A stretch of DNA of 63,577 bases, filler included, from Phoronis australis (GCA_002633005.1; 7 parts of 7 records of this genome joined end to end with filler, not necessarily neighbours in it); one strand, 5' to 3'; counted from the first letter of the whole stretch, positions 39,081 to 51,914 are shown. Translations and numbers: made by a program. Notes: a model not told the origin generated them from the sequence alone.

Positions 39081-39650
39081 AGCTACCATTGTGCCCCCTT
39101 GTGGCATTTTTATTTTTTTACCCCTGTATTATTTGGAGCTCCTTAACAGGCAAATAGGTATGTGAGATGACACTACCTTCTCGTTTTCATTGGTATTTTG
39201 CTTCATGTAGCTGCCATTTTTACTATTTTTGAGTTTTTTGGTATCTGCCCTTCTATCAACCAAACCTGTCAAATGATGATAGGGAAAATTGACATATATG
39301 TTCCTACTCTCAAGAAGACGACTGAGTATGATTTTTGGACAACTTTGATTACTGTGCTGCCTCCTAGTGGCACTCTTGCATGCATGGCTGAATCTCCTAA
39401 ACCCTCTGTAGGTTCTTCATTAAATTTGGCAAGTGTATTTGTATGAACAGATTGTGACGACTTTCAAATGGATGGGTTGAAGGCTTTGCCACCTAGTGGC
39501 AATTTAATTTTTTTCCTCTTTTGCTTTTAAGTTTCTTGACATATTTTTGTGAAATTTGCTAAATAGGTTCATTTTCAGTTGGATGCAGTGTTGTGCCATC
39601 TAATGGCCATTTTTTGTTTTCTAGTCTGCTTTTGGCATCTGGTTGGTTGA
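39080..39650 (+). mobile_element. Diverged internal fragment of the HINE-like repeat
   Basis: Same unit motifs as 17050-18540 (cctagtggc, ttctatcaaccaaac, atctcctaaacc). Confidence 0.7.
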
Positions 39651-39806
39651 CTTTAGGATTCAATAGAACGTTCTTTCCACCAAGAACATACAAGTTGGAT
39701 TGTGCATTGAAAGGAATTAGAATTTTTTGTACCAAACTTTGTGTGTTTATACTGAGGCTCATTCTTTCTCAAAGTCTACATCCACTTAAACTTTGGATTT
39801 TTCCAG

Positions 39807-39899
39807 GACAACTACGCTTAGCAAATACATCAGTCTTAGTCGTGGGTGCCGGTGGTCTTGGGTGCCCGGTGTCTCTCTATTTGGCTGGGGCAGGCGTGG
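39807..39899 (+). CDS. MOCS3: MOCS3 exon (Rossmann GxGxxG)
   Basis: ttccag| [32 protein letters not shown]|gtgagt; phase 1-1. Confidence 0.95.
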
Positions 39900-40444
39900 G
39901 TGAGTGAGGCATAATGATGACGCTCTTTAAGAACAGTTGTAGTGAGAGTCAATACAGTTAAATCACTAATTTAGGACCCAATATGACCAAATATCATTTC
40001 GCCATCAAAGATGTATGACACTATTCCAGATTGATGCTTGTCCTTATCTATCATCAGATAATGTTTTAAAAAAATGAAATCATTCGCAACTGTACAATGT
40101 TAGAAGCACTTAAAAGATGAAAAGTGGGCAATAATTTTTGTCCACATTGTAGAGATTTATGTATGCAATGTGTTGTGTTAGCACACCCTGTACGCACTGT
40201 GTTGTGTTGTGTTAGCACACCCTGTACGCACTGTGTTGTGTTACAATATTGGGCACTCTATACACTGTAAAAGTATTAAGCAAAGATCACTTTTGGAACC
40301 AAAGAAACCGTTTGTCCTCATCTCACGGACTTGATTCACAGCTTGGTGCACCCTCTGACGTACTGTTTCTTTGGTTCCTAAAGGGGTCTTTGCTCAATAT
40401 TTTTATCATTTAAATGGAACCCAGCAATAAACATAGTATCACTG

Positions 40445-40659
40445 TATACACTGTGTTCTGTTACAATATTGAACACCCTGTATGCACTGTGTTGTATTAC
40501 AATATTGAACACACTGTATGCACTGTGTTGTATTACAATATTGAACACCCTGTATGCACTGTGTTGTATTACAATATTGAACACCCTGTATGCACTGTGT
40601 TGTATTACAATATTGAACACCCTGTATGCGCTGTGTTATGTTACAATATTGAACACCCT
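40445..40659. repeat. 36-bp minisatellite (resumes at 41452-41575; uninterrupted copy at 43330-43635)
   Basis: Unit caatattgaacaccctgtatgcactgtgttgtatta. Confidence 0.95.
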
Positions 40660-41451
40660 CACGGGTGAGAAACAACATGAGCGCCGGTCCTATAAATCGG
40701 ACTGACTCACCCAAAACAGGACCTCCGGGGATCAAATGGGACCGTCGCACCAGAAAATGGGACTGATGCACCTAAAAACATGACCGTCCCACCACAAAAC
40801 AGGACCGCCGGGGACTGAACATGACCGCCGGACAATATGTAGTTATCAATGTCTTTGTATGATAGGGTCTACTGGTTTGTGATTACGTAACCGGTCAGCT
40901 AGCTGTGTAAAGACTCGCCAAAATAAAGCTTGGTAGCACCGCGTTATTGAGGTATGTTACATCCCCGAAATTGCCCACAGCCCGGGTATAGTTCTGCTCG
41001 TCACCTCGTCGTGAAACTTATATCAACATGTAGAGCTAGCGAGCGGAGTAGGCGCATGCAAAATCTAGGAGTCAATCAACACTCACCTTGCCTGTTGCAG
41101 TCGCTTGAGTGAAAAACAATCTAATGAACATCATTTGTTTGCCTAATGTAACAAAAAAGTCTGTCGCGCTCGTGACATGAGCACGCGCCATGTCCTAAAA
41201 TTTTGCGACATCTTTCGGAAGATGATGACTCAACGTCGCAGCAGCACGATGTGTTCTGAAATTCGATTTGCTGGTATTAAAATACTAAAAACTTATGACG
41301 AAATGAAACCAGTTCTGATAATTTGTTGTGCCATGTACGCAACCTCGTAGAAGAGAAGAAGAGCTGACTGAAGAATCGGTGAAAAAATTAAGGAACTGGT
41401 CAATGTAAGCCGACCTAAGTGAACGCATCTCAATTTTAACAGCAGAATAAC
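40660..41451 (+). mobile_element. ~0.8-kb insertion inside the minisatellite, absent from the duplicate copy
   Basis: Flanked by aacaccct on both sides; the 3' two-thirds is homologous to 28640-29220. Confidence 0.7.
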
Positions 41452-42259
41452 AACACCCTGTTATGTTACAATATTGAACACCCTTTATGCACTGTGTTGT
41501 ATTACATTATTAAACGCCCTGTATGCACTGTGTTGTATTGCAATATTGAACACCCTGTATGCAGTGTGTTGTGTGTTGGCAAACCTTACCTAATCACCTA
41601 GTTTGTGTGTTCACCCTCAGATGTATTAATAACACATGAATGGTTTGGTGGTCCTTTCTCTTAACTGCACAACCATGTCAAATTCTGTCTAAGATTCCAT
41701 GAAGTTTACGTAATGCATTGAACACACTTGATGACCTAATTCCTGGATATTCTAAAACTTAGTTGAAGTGAGCGGTAGTGCTAGTTTAAAAAAATGTCCA
41801 GAAGTTACTCTTGTTCAAAAAAATTTGGCTAATTTACAAACGATTACAATTTTTGAATTTTGTTTTATTCATTGCCAATTCAATCACACTAATATATAAA
41901 CCTCTTGGTCTGTTTGGTTCCATGATCATTATTACAACTCGACAGAACATACTTGTTTCATTCTCAAGTGGAAATAAAATACCCGCAATAATACCACCAA
42001 AGAGCATAAACTGGAGACATACACAGGCTTACACAGCAGGTGTGAAATACTGCAAAGAATGACTGGAGGGAGGTAACAAGGAAGTCACGCAAACAAGCGT
42101 AACGTACGATGCGAGCGTAACGTACGATGCGACCCTGTTAGCTGCTCATTCAAAATAGGCTTCTCGAATGCAATCAAAATAAACTCCAGTACTTTCATTC
42201 ACAGCACATCTTGCTCATGGTATTGAATTGGTGTTTTCTACAATTTCTTGACAGGTGAT

Positions 42260-42817
42260 TCTTATGCGCCCACATATTTATATGTGGACGCATTATGCCG
42301 TCATCTCCGTCCGTCCAGGCGGCGTCCGTCCGGCGTCCGCTGCTTTATCTCCAAAACCCTTTGACATACGTTCATGAAATTTAGCACATATGTTCCATTC
42401 ATGAATGGGACAGCATGTGCAAACTTTCGGACGGATCCGGCTACCGGTGTGCCCCCTAGTGGCAATTTTAGTTTTTTACGCTTACCTTTGTATCTTCAAA
42501 AGTCCTGAACTGATTTTCTTGAAATTTAATATGTAGGCACCTATTAGTGAGATGACGCTATCCTCCCGTTTTCAGATGGATTCGACATAGTTTGCGCCAC
42601 CTAGTGGCCGTTTTTAGTGTTTTCGAGTCTGTTTTTGTGTGTCCACCCCTCTATCAACCACACTGCTCAAAGGATGATTGTGAAAATTGGCATGTATATC
42701 CTTACTATGTAGAGGACGGTTGACGATGATTTTACGACGATTTTGACTACTGTGGCGCCTCCTAGTGGCAGTTTTGTTTTTTTTGCGCCTATGGATGTAT
42801 CTCGTAAACCGTTCGCA
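42260..42817 (+). mobile_element. HINE/Helentron-like element copy (duplicate at 44330-44940)
   Basis: Hairpin atgcgcccacatat/atatgtggacgcat, a CCGT microsatellite and cctagtggc units. Confidence 0.7.
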
Positions 42818-45798
42818 NGACCGTGAAAAATGAAAAGTGTCGTGTATTCAACAAATTCTGTATAACAGAAAACTTGCTCCCGAAGTACAGTCATCAAAGA
42901 TGTATGACACTATTCCAGATTGATGCTTGTCCTTATCTATCATCAGATAATGTTTTAAAAAAATGAAATCATTCGCAACAATGTTAGAAGCACTTAAAAG
43001 ATGAAGAGTGGGCAATAATTTTTGTCCACATTGTAGATATTTATGTATTTAGTATGCATTGTGTTGTGTTAGCACACCCTGTACGCACTGTGTTGTGTTG
43101 GCACACCCTGTACGCACTGTGTTGTGTTACAATATTGGGCACTCTATACACTGTAAAAGTATTGAGCAAAGATCACTTTTGGAACCAAAGAAACCTTTTG
43201 TCCTCATCTCACGGACTTGATTCACAGCTTGGTGCACCCTCTGACGTACTGTTTCTTTGGTTCCTAAAGGGATCTTTGCTCAATATTTTTATCATTTAAA
43301 TTGAACCTAGCAATAAACATAGTATCACTGTATACACTGTGTTCTGTTACAATATTGAACACCCTGTATGCATTGTGTTGTATTACAATATTGAACACCC
43401 TGTATGCACTGTGTTGTATTACAATATTGAACACCCTGTATGCACTGTGTTGTATTACAATATTGAACACCCTGTATGCATTGTGTTGTATTACAATATT
43501 GAACACCCTGTATGCACTGTGTTGTATTGCAATATTGAACACCCTGTATGCATTGTGTTGTATTACAATATTGAACACCCTGTATGCACTGTGTTGTATT
43601 GCAATATTGAACACCTTGTATGCAGTGTGTTGTGTGTTGGCAAACCTTACCTAATCACCTAGTTTGTATGTTCACCCTCAGATGTATTACTAACACATGA
43701 ATGGTTTGGAGTTCCTTTCTCTTAACTGCACAACCATATCAAATTCTGTCTAAGATTCCATGAAATTTACGTAATGCATTGAACACACTTGATGACCTAA
43801 TTCCTGGATATTATAAAACTTTGTTGAAGTGAGCGGTAGTGCTAGTTTAAAAAAATGTCCAGAAGTTACTCTTGTTCAAAAAAATTTGGCTAATTTACAA
43901 ACGATTACAATTTTTGAATTTTGTTTTATTCATTGCCAATTCAATCACATTTTGTTGCACTAATATATAAACCTCTTGGTCTGTTTGGTTCCATGATCAT
44001 TATTACAACTCAACAGATCATACTTGTTTCGTTCTCAAGTGGAAATAAAATACCCGCAATAATACCACCAAAGAGCATAAACTGGAGACATACACAGGCT
44101 TACACAGCAGGTGTGAAATACTGCAAAGACTGACTGGAGGGAGGTAACAAGGAAGTCACGCAAACAAGCGTAACGTACGATGTGAGCGTAATGTACGATG
44201 CGACCCTGTTAGCTGCTCATTCAAAATAGGCTTCTCGAATGCAATCAAAATAAACTCCAGTACTTTCATTCACAGCACATCTTGCTCATGGTATTGAATT
44301 GGTGTTTTCTACAATTTCTTGACAGGTGATTCTTATGCGCCCACATATTTATATGTGGACGCATTATGCCGTCATCTCCGTCCGTCCAGGCGGCGTCCGT
44401 CCGGCGTCCGCTGCTTTATCTCCAAAACCCTTTGACATACGTTCATGAAATTTAGCACATATGTTCCATTCATGAATGGGACAGCATGTGCAAACTTTCG
44501 GACGGATCCGGCTACCGGTGTGCCCCCTAGTGGCAATTTTAGTTTTTTACGCTTACCTTTGTATCTTCAAAAGTCCTGAACTGATTTTCTTGAAATTTAA
44601 TATGTAGGCACCTATTAGTGAGATGACGCTATCCTCCCGTTTTCAGATGGATTCGACATAGTTTGCGCCACCTAGTGGCCGTTTTTAGTGTTTTCGAGTC
44701 TGTTTTTGTGTGTCCACCCCTCTATCAACCACACTGCTCAAAGGATGATTGTGAAAATTGGCATGTATATCCTTACTATGTAGAGGACGGTTGACGATGA
44801 TTTTACGACGATTTTGACTACTGTGGCGCCTCCTAGTGGCAGTTTTGTTTTTTTTGCGCCTATGGATGTATCTCGTAAACCGTTCGCAGGATCTTTACGA
44901 AATTTAATAAGTTTATTTATATTATGTTAACAACAGACGATGACNNNNNNNNNNNNNNNNNNNNNNNNNNNNNNNNNNNNNNNNNNNNNNNNNNNNNNNN
45001 NNNNNNNNNNNNNNNNNNNNNNNNNNNNNNNNNNNNNNNNNNNNNNNNNNNNNNNNNNNNNNNNNNNNNNNNNNNNNNNNNNNNNNNNNNNNNNNNNNNN
45101 NNNNNNNNNNNNNNNNNNNNNNNNNNNNNNNNNNNNNNNNNNNNNNNNNNNNNNNNNNNNNNNNNNNNNNNNNNNNNNNNNNNNNNNNNNNNNNNNNNNN
45201 NNNNNNNNNNNNNNNNNNNNNNNNNNNNNNNNNNNNNNNNNNNNNNNNNNNNNNNNNNNNNNNNNNNNNNNNNNNNNNNNNNNNNNNNNNNNNNNNNNNN
45301 NNNNNNNNNNNNNNNNNNNNNNNNNNNNNNNNNNNNNNNNNNNNNNNNNNNNNNNNNNNNNNNNNNNNNNNNNNNNNNNNNNNNNNNNNNNNNNNNNNNN
45401 NNNNNNNNNNNNNNNNNNNNNNNNNNNNNNNNNNNNNNNNNNNNNNNNNNNNNNNNNNNNNNNNNNNNNNNNNNNNNNNNNNNNNNNNNNNNNNNNNAGA
45501 CAATGACCATGCCTTTCCATTTTGCAAAGTACAACATACTACATATTTGCCCTCTACTGGCCACTTTATGGTACCAATAAACAACCTTAGAAGGATACCG
45601 TATACGGTGCAATTGTGGGCGCATTTCAACGCTCTGCGTTGCTCTTGTTTGTTCATGACATTGCATTTGTCAAACAGTTTGCTGAACGCTAGAAATTGAA
45701 ATGGTCTCTAAGACTTTTGCAAGATGAGTCCACTAGAGCCCAGCTTTTATAAGTAAAATGTGAACACTGATTATCAGATCACTCATTTTGTACTACAG

Positions 45799-45919
45799 GT
45801 TGTCTGGGAGTTGTTGATTATGATGAAGTGGAACTTAATAACCTGCATAGACAAGTAGTGCACTCTGAACTGAGGGTTGGCATGGCAAAGTCTGCTTCCG
45901 TGACCGAAGCTTGCTGGCA
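45799..45919 (+). CDS. MOCS3: MOCS3 exon (ATP-binding region)
   Basis: ctacag| [42 protein letters not shown]|gtaagt; phase 1-2. Confidence 0.95.
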
Positions 45920-45967
45920 GTAAGTTGTTACCATAAGTCATTAATTTGGCTAAAACAATAAATATAC

Positions 45968-46070
45968 TGTGCGTATGTGCGTGCATGAATGTGAGGGTGT
46001 GTGTGTTTGTGTTTGTTTGTGTGTGTGTGCGTGTTTGTGTGTGTGTGTGTGTGCGTGTTTGTGTGTGTGC
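45968..46070. repeat. Imperfect (TG)n microsatellite
   Basis: Directly visible. Confidence 0.95.
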
Positions 46071-46309
46071 TTTGATTACCAATCAACTGTATGAAGAAGG
46101 ACGTAAATAGCTAAACAAGTATTACTTATGTAATATTTATTGAGGCACATAGGGAAAGTCTGACTTTAAGCTGCATTTCACTCACAATTAAATTGCTGAA
46201 ACCACTAATGCCACTTACTCATGGTACTCCAAAAGTCAACATTAGTATTCTTAAGATAGAGGCAAGAAGTTTAGGGTTTGTTATAGTACATGAAGTATGT
46301 GTTTGAAAG

Positions 46310-46540
46310 TCCTTATTATCACACTACCACATTCTGTAAATTGATTTATTGTCTCACTGGCATGTGTCAAACTCCATATTATAACAGTCAACACTGCTAT
46401 GTGTCAAACTTCTTATTGTCACACTGGCGTGTGTAAAATGTCTTATTATAACACTGCCATGTAAAACTCTTTATTATAACACAGTTGCGTGCAAAACACC
46501 GTATTATCACACTGGCATCTGTAGAATGCCTTATTATTGA
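46310..46540. repeat. Degenerate ~30-bp tandem repeat
   Basis: Recurring ttattRtcacactggcatgtgt.aaa motif. Confidence 0.65.
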
Positions 46541-46623
46541 GAAGGCATATAGTTTCGTCATCAGTTTGTTGTGGCTCATATTGGAGTATTTTTGAATCTT
46601 TCATAATTGTCTTTTATTTCCAG

Positions 46624-46698
46624 GTTAAACTCCGAAGTCCTGTACCTGCCTTATCACATGCAACTTAACTCTTCAAATGCCATGAAGCTGATTTCTCA
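46624..46698 (+). CDS. MOCS3: MOCS3 exon ending at a U12-type donor
   Basis: ttccag| (Q)LNSEVLYLPYHMQLNSSNAMKLIS CA|ATATCCTCC. No GT donor is available at the homologous position. Confidence 0.9.
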
Positions 46699-47737
46699 AT
46701 ATCCTCCCTTAGCTTGCTGAACCTGTCAGCAATAAATTTCAATCAAATCTATAAATAGAAAGTGAACATTCGTAAAAAATGTGGACATTGCTAACTACCT
46801 TACGAAATTTCTGCACTTTTTGAGTATAGATCAATTGTCATTCACTATTGTCTATGTTCTATAAATGGCGGCCAGTATTGGATATATCACGTGCACATTT
46901 TGTGGTCAGTGAGATTTTTGTGGTGTTTGAAAATTTGTACCACGTGAAGTGAAGTGTTCACATACTGAGGCGTACTTGTGGTTAGTCTCTGCCCACCCAT
47001 GGTGACTGCACATGACTGGCCAGAATAAAAGAAAAGATTTTTTAGTACTGATAAGGTAATTTTACGCTTTTTACTCTGGAGACAATAGATAAAACACTAT
47101 GATCTATGTTTACTCTGGAGACAATAGATAAAACACTATGATCTATGTTTACTCTGGAGACAATAGATAAAACACTATGATCTATGTTTACTCTGGAGAC
47201 AATAGATGAAACACTATGATCTATGTTTACTCTGGAGACAATAGATGAAACACTATGATCTATGTTTACTCTGGAGACAATAGATGAAACACTATGATCT
47301 ATGTTCTAGCAGAGATCCCATTAGCCTTCACATAAAAAGTCTGAATGTGAGAAGAGTGAAAAGAATTTCAAATTACGATCAAAATTCTCCAATTTTGGAC
47401 TGTCTGTAGAATTTGGGACAAAGAAACTCCCACAAAAATTGAAATTGGCTCTGTAATTTCATGCCAAGGTGATTTTGGTACTGATCATATTTCTTATTTT
47501 TTGACAAAGTGTTTTCAATCAACAGAGTTGGAAATTTTGCCATCTTCCAAGTGATTTTTGAATTGGGATGGGCAACACTGCCTCTTTCCAGAGTTTGGGA
47601 CAAGACTGACCTTGAGCAAAATAGTTCATTTTTCACTGCCCCCTATTGAAGAATATTAATTATACCAATTTGTGGACTGGGTGACAAGGGTAAAGCTTCA
47701 CTTTCATTCAGAACATACTTCCTTGACTATTGTTCAT
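46699..47737 (+). other. U12-type intron with AT-AT termini
   Basis: Donor ATATCCT, branch point TTCCTTGAC at 47719-47727, 3' end ...tgttcAT 11 nt after the branch A. Restores [12 protein letters not shown]. Confidence 0.8.
47071..47305. repeat. 39-bp minisatellite, 6 copies, within the U12 intron
   Basis: Unit ttactctggagacaatagatRaaacactatgatctatgt. Confidence 0.95.
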
Positions 47738-47855
47738 ATATGATGTCATTGTTGATGCCACAGACAATGTAGCCACGCGATATCTCCTGAATGACTCCTG
47801 CGTGTTGGCTAACAAGCCTCTCGTTTCTGGAAGTGCTTTGAGATTTGAAGGACAA
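47738..47855 (+). CDS. MOCS3: MOCS3 exon
   Basis: [39 protein letters not shown]|gtaaga. Confidence 0.95.
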
Positions 47856-48042
47856 GTAAGAAATATATAAGTATTTTAATTGACTGATTTTTCATATTTT
47901 TCAGGCCACAATATTTCCCTCTTTGTGTTAATGAAATTTGTTAGTACACAGTCATGTGAAACTTGTTGCTTGAATAGCTGAACCACAAGAACACATTGCC
48001 TCATTACAGCACAGTTAATGATCATTTTGGGCTATAGTGAGG

Positions 48043-48114
48043 CGATGGCCAGATGATAACGGATGGCCAGATGATAACAGATGGCCAAATGATAATTGGT
48101 GGCCAGATGATAAT
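48043..48114. repeat. 18-bp tandem repeat, 4 copies
   Basis: Unit NgatggccagatgataaY. Confidence 0.85.
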
Positions 48115-49579
48115 GGGGGACCTGTGATGGTTTCATGAAACAGTCACAAATCGGGACTCGACTAATTTCTCTAAATGTTTAGCATTTTTGTAGACTTGTG
48201 AAGACACTACTTTTCTTTTTTATGCTTTTTTTAGTTCCATTCCAAGTCAGTTTCCGGCTTAGATACAAAATTGAGAATAAACTCTACCTTGAATTTTGAA
48301 TATTATTGATAATAAATAGCAAGACTGCTAATTTAAGTCCCATTTCTTATCACTGAGTTAAGAGGAGCTCATAATAGAGATGAAATGATAAAAAAGGTTA
48401 CATCATTCTTTAAGTTGATAAAGGTAACGACGGCTTGATTTGTTTCGACGTTTATTAAAACACCATCCTCAGAAGAAAAAACAGTGGCCATCTTGCTTGG
48501 CCCAACAACAAGTAATGATACACGGACACAGTCAGTTACAAGGAGTAACAATAGACTAGACTAACAATGACAACCTGTGGTGTGCCAGTTGTTTGTTGAG
48601 ACTGGGCTTACACCAATTATTTCTGTAAGTAAAGAAAGGCTTACATAAATTCTCAAAAGGCTTAGGAAACTTTGTTGATTCCCTATTTTTATTTGTTTAA
48701 TTTATTTAAACTTCTTTGGAAGTCTGGGTGACCACTTCTGTTACAATATATATATGTATACACAACTAACAACATATGATGCGTTACCTATGACACACTT
48801 CCTATACTAGGAATCACATGACATAATACCAATTAAACTACTGTGTGCCCAGTTGGAAAAAATTACATGAAGTAAAATACAGAGAGCTATGTACAATAAG
48901 ATTGAAAAGCTTGTTAAATAAAATAAATCAGTATAAAAAAATTTGTGACTGTTTCATGCAACAAAGCAATGGCTTTTTGACTGTTTCATGCAACAGGGCA
49001 CTGGCTCTGTGACTATTTCATGCAACAGGTCACTGGCTTTGTGAGTGTTTCATGCAACAGGGCACTGGTTTGTGACTGTTTCATGCAACACAGCACTGGC
49101 TTTGTGACTGTTTCATGCAACAGGGCACTGGCTTTGTGACTGTTTCATGCAACAGAACACTGGCTTTGTGACTTTCATGCAACAGGTCACTGGCTTTGTG
49201 ACTGTTTCGTGCAACAGGGCACTGGCTTTGTGACTTTCATGAGCAAGGCACTGGCTTTGTGACTGTTTCGTGCAACAGGGCACTGGCTTCGTGACTGTTT
49301 CATGCAACAGGGCACTGGCCTTGTGACTGTTTCATGCAACAGGGCACTGGCTTTGTGACTGTTTCATGCAACAGGGCACTGGCTTTGTGACTGTTTCATG
49401 CAGCAGGGCACTGACTTTGTGACTGTTTCCTGCAACAGGACGCTGGCTTTCTGACTGTTTCATGCAACAGGGCGCTGGCTTTGTGACTGTTTCATGCAAC
49501 AGGACACTGGCTTTGTGACAGTTTCATGCAACAGAGCACTGGCTTTGTGACTGTTTCATGCAACAGGGCACTGGGGCCC
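48115..49579. mobile_element. Non-autonomous TIR element whose right terminus is tandemly expanded
   Basis: Left ggggacctgtgatggtttcatgaaacagtcacaaa versus right tttgtgactgtttcatgcaacagggcactggggcccc (inverted match). Confidence 0.6.
48942..49574. repeat. 32-bp minisatellite, about 20 copies
   Basis: Unit tttgtgactgtttcatgcaacagggcactggc. Confidence 0.95.
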
Positions 49580-50162
49580 ATTGAAGTGAATGCCTGCTGC
49601 TACCATGTAATTTTGACTCCATAAAAGTGGCGATGAAAAAGGACAACATTCAAAAATTTTCTGAACAGAACTCATCTTGAGTCATTGAAAATAGCATTCG
49701 GGTACTTTCATATAAAATACAAACTGTGAGATGGGCAGCGTGCTCAGTTTGCCTTATTTTGTTTTCACCTTCAAACAGTTGCCTCTGTACACTTTTGGGA
49801 GAGTGTACGTTTTGTTCACTCACCTGGAGAAAATGACTATACATTTCTAGTGTAATGAGAAATCTCAGTTTAGACCTAGTTAACGCAAAACAAATAACAA
49901 GTCCTTAGCAAACAATGTCATTTGTGCAACACTGTGTATTATATACAAGGTCTTGACCTCATAATTGTTAACTGCCCCTAAGGACCAAATTAATACCAAT
50001 TTCAAAATGGTCTTGGACAAAAATGAATTTCGACTGAAGACTTGTACTTAAAGCTGTTAGAATACTTAAGTGAGTATGTGTTACTACCTCTTTGAGGGAG
50101 TCCTTACACTTTGCTCTATCATGTTGTACTTTATCAAGTTCTACTTTCTTACTCTGTTCTAG

Positions 50163-50271
50163 TTAACTGTGTACAACCACCTTGGGGGGCCATGTTACAG
50201 ATGTCTGTATCCTACTCCACCATCCCCAGAGACAGTCACTAATTGCTCTGATGGAGGAGTTCTGGGTGTCA
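50163..50271 (+). CDS. MOCS3: MOCS3 exon (CxxC and conserved active-site-loop Cys)
   Basis: ttctag| [37 protein letters not shown]|gtaagt. Confidence 0.95.
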
Positions 50272-51657
50272 GTAAGTTCCACTTGTACATCACTCCTCTT
50301 ATGGAATGGGGTTGCACTAACTTTGTAAAAGAGGGACTCTTGTTGCTCTGTTGCTAACATTCTGGTATCCTTCATTTAGTACTATTTAGGGAAAAGGGGT
50401 CCCATTGTTGGGAGATTCCATGAAAACAGTTATAATTCTGTAGAACTGGGTAGGGCTAGACGCTATGAAAAATGCCAAGTCACATTTTGTGACCTAACCA
50501 AAATCCCAGATCGCATTTTCAGAATAAATGACATTTCACAAAATTTTCCTACCATTTATACGTGCGTAAACTGAATAATCATTATTTATGTATAACCTAT
50601 CATTTATCATTGTTAAGTGATAAGAAATCACAAAACATCCTAACTGGTGTAAAACCATGCATGAAAATTATATCAATCATGCATTAAAATGTTGTGTACC
50701 ATTTATGTCATGTACCATTCATATGAATTCATAGAAATGGTCGATATGAATGCGATCTAATTAGATTTGTTTGCATGCTACAGGTCTTTTTTTTCGATCA
50801 GTGTGGAATTTATACAAAAAGTGTATCGTGAGTAGCTTGAAGCCTATTGTATTTGGTTGAAATTGGACACAAGATGGCACCGAACTGTGGAAACCATTTT
50901 TCACCTTCTTGGTTTGTGGAACCATAGCTCCACAGACTCTGGTGTGTATTTCTGACTTCTTTTTTGGGAAAGATCATTTCAAGGGCAACAAGAAGTGCGC
51001 AATTTTTTCCCTGGTACTTACTGTTCTGGATTTATTCAAGATTTTCGGGTGAGTGCTAGATAATCAATTGGAGTTTCATACTTGTACTTTATCTCCAGCG
51101 TCACGTGACAGATCCTTATAAAAACCAGTATATGGAGAGATCTCATGAAGTGATACCTGCATTGTGTATCTATTTCTCACTATGTCTTGCCTTTCTCAAG
51201 ATATTCAAGATTTACTGGTCAGATCAATGTTCTTCTGTTGACTAACTAGTTGCACTTTAGTGGCCGATCATATTCGTGACAGAGATAGCACGAGGACTGG
51301 TTTGTGGACAAGACCGCCATTTTTTAAATAATGTTTGCGTAGTTCTACTTCCATGATCCATGGACCAAATGTTGTCATATTTGGTGTTCAAGATCTCCTC
51401 AGCTTTCTGCAGTGCATTATGGGTTTCTCTCTATTTATAACTTACTGTACTAAAGTTATTCAAGTGTTTTTTTTTTCTAATTTGATGAATGTCAAAAATT
51501 GATGGATTGAATTAAGTGAAACACAGGTAGCTTTCTTCAGTGTTACTCAACTCTACATTTTTCTCCAGTGTTGGTTGTTGCTTGCATAAGGTACATGTAA
51601 CTTACTTAGAACCAAAATATACTAAGACTGGAGTGGAAAGCAATGTATTCTGAAAAA

Positions 51658-51914
51658 GTAACAGGTGAATATTGTAACAGGTGAATATTGTAACAGGTGA
51701 ATAATATAATAGGTGAATATTGTTACAGGTGAATATTGTAACAGGTGAATATTGTAATAGGTGAATATTGTAACAGGTGAATATTGTAACAGGTGAATAA
51801 TATAATAGGTGAATATTGTTACAGGTGAATATTGTAACAGGTGAATATTGTATCAGGTGAATATTGTAACAGGTGAATATTGTAACAGGTGAATATTGTA
51901 ACAGGTAAATATTG
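51658..51914. repeat. 16-bp minisatellite, about 16 copies
   Basis: Unit gtaacaggtgaatatt. Confidence 0.95.

Larger units (their letters stand above)
40003..44888. repeat. ~2-kb near-identical duplication (40003-42817 and 42892-44888), probably two haplotypes
   Basis: The copies are colinear and joined at the single n at 42818. They differ by SNPs, small indels and one ~0.8-kb insertion. Confidence 0.85.

Noticed and set aside
40378-43662. Repetitive ORFs (NIEHPVCTVLYY, NIVIQHSAYRVF) in several frames
   Set aside because: Translations of an intronic 36-bp minisatellite that is open on both strands.
47701-47711. U2-like acceptor ctttcattcAG before the MOCS3 exon
   Set aside because: No compatible GT donor at the upstream exon end, and its use with the AT donor adds 26 nt and breaks the frame.
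47071-49574. Regular 32-39-bp repeats resembling CRISPR arrays
   Set aside because: Units are head-to-tail with no unique spacers, lie in eukaryotic introns, and no cas genes are present.
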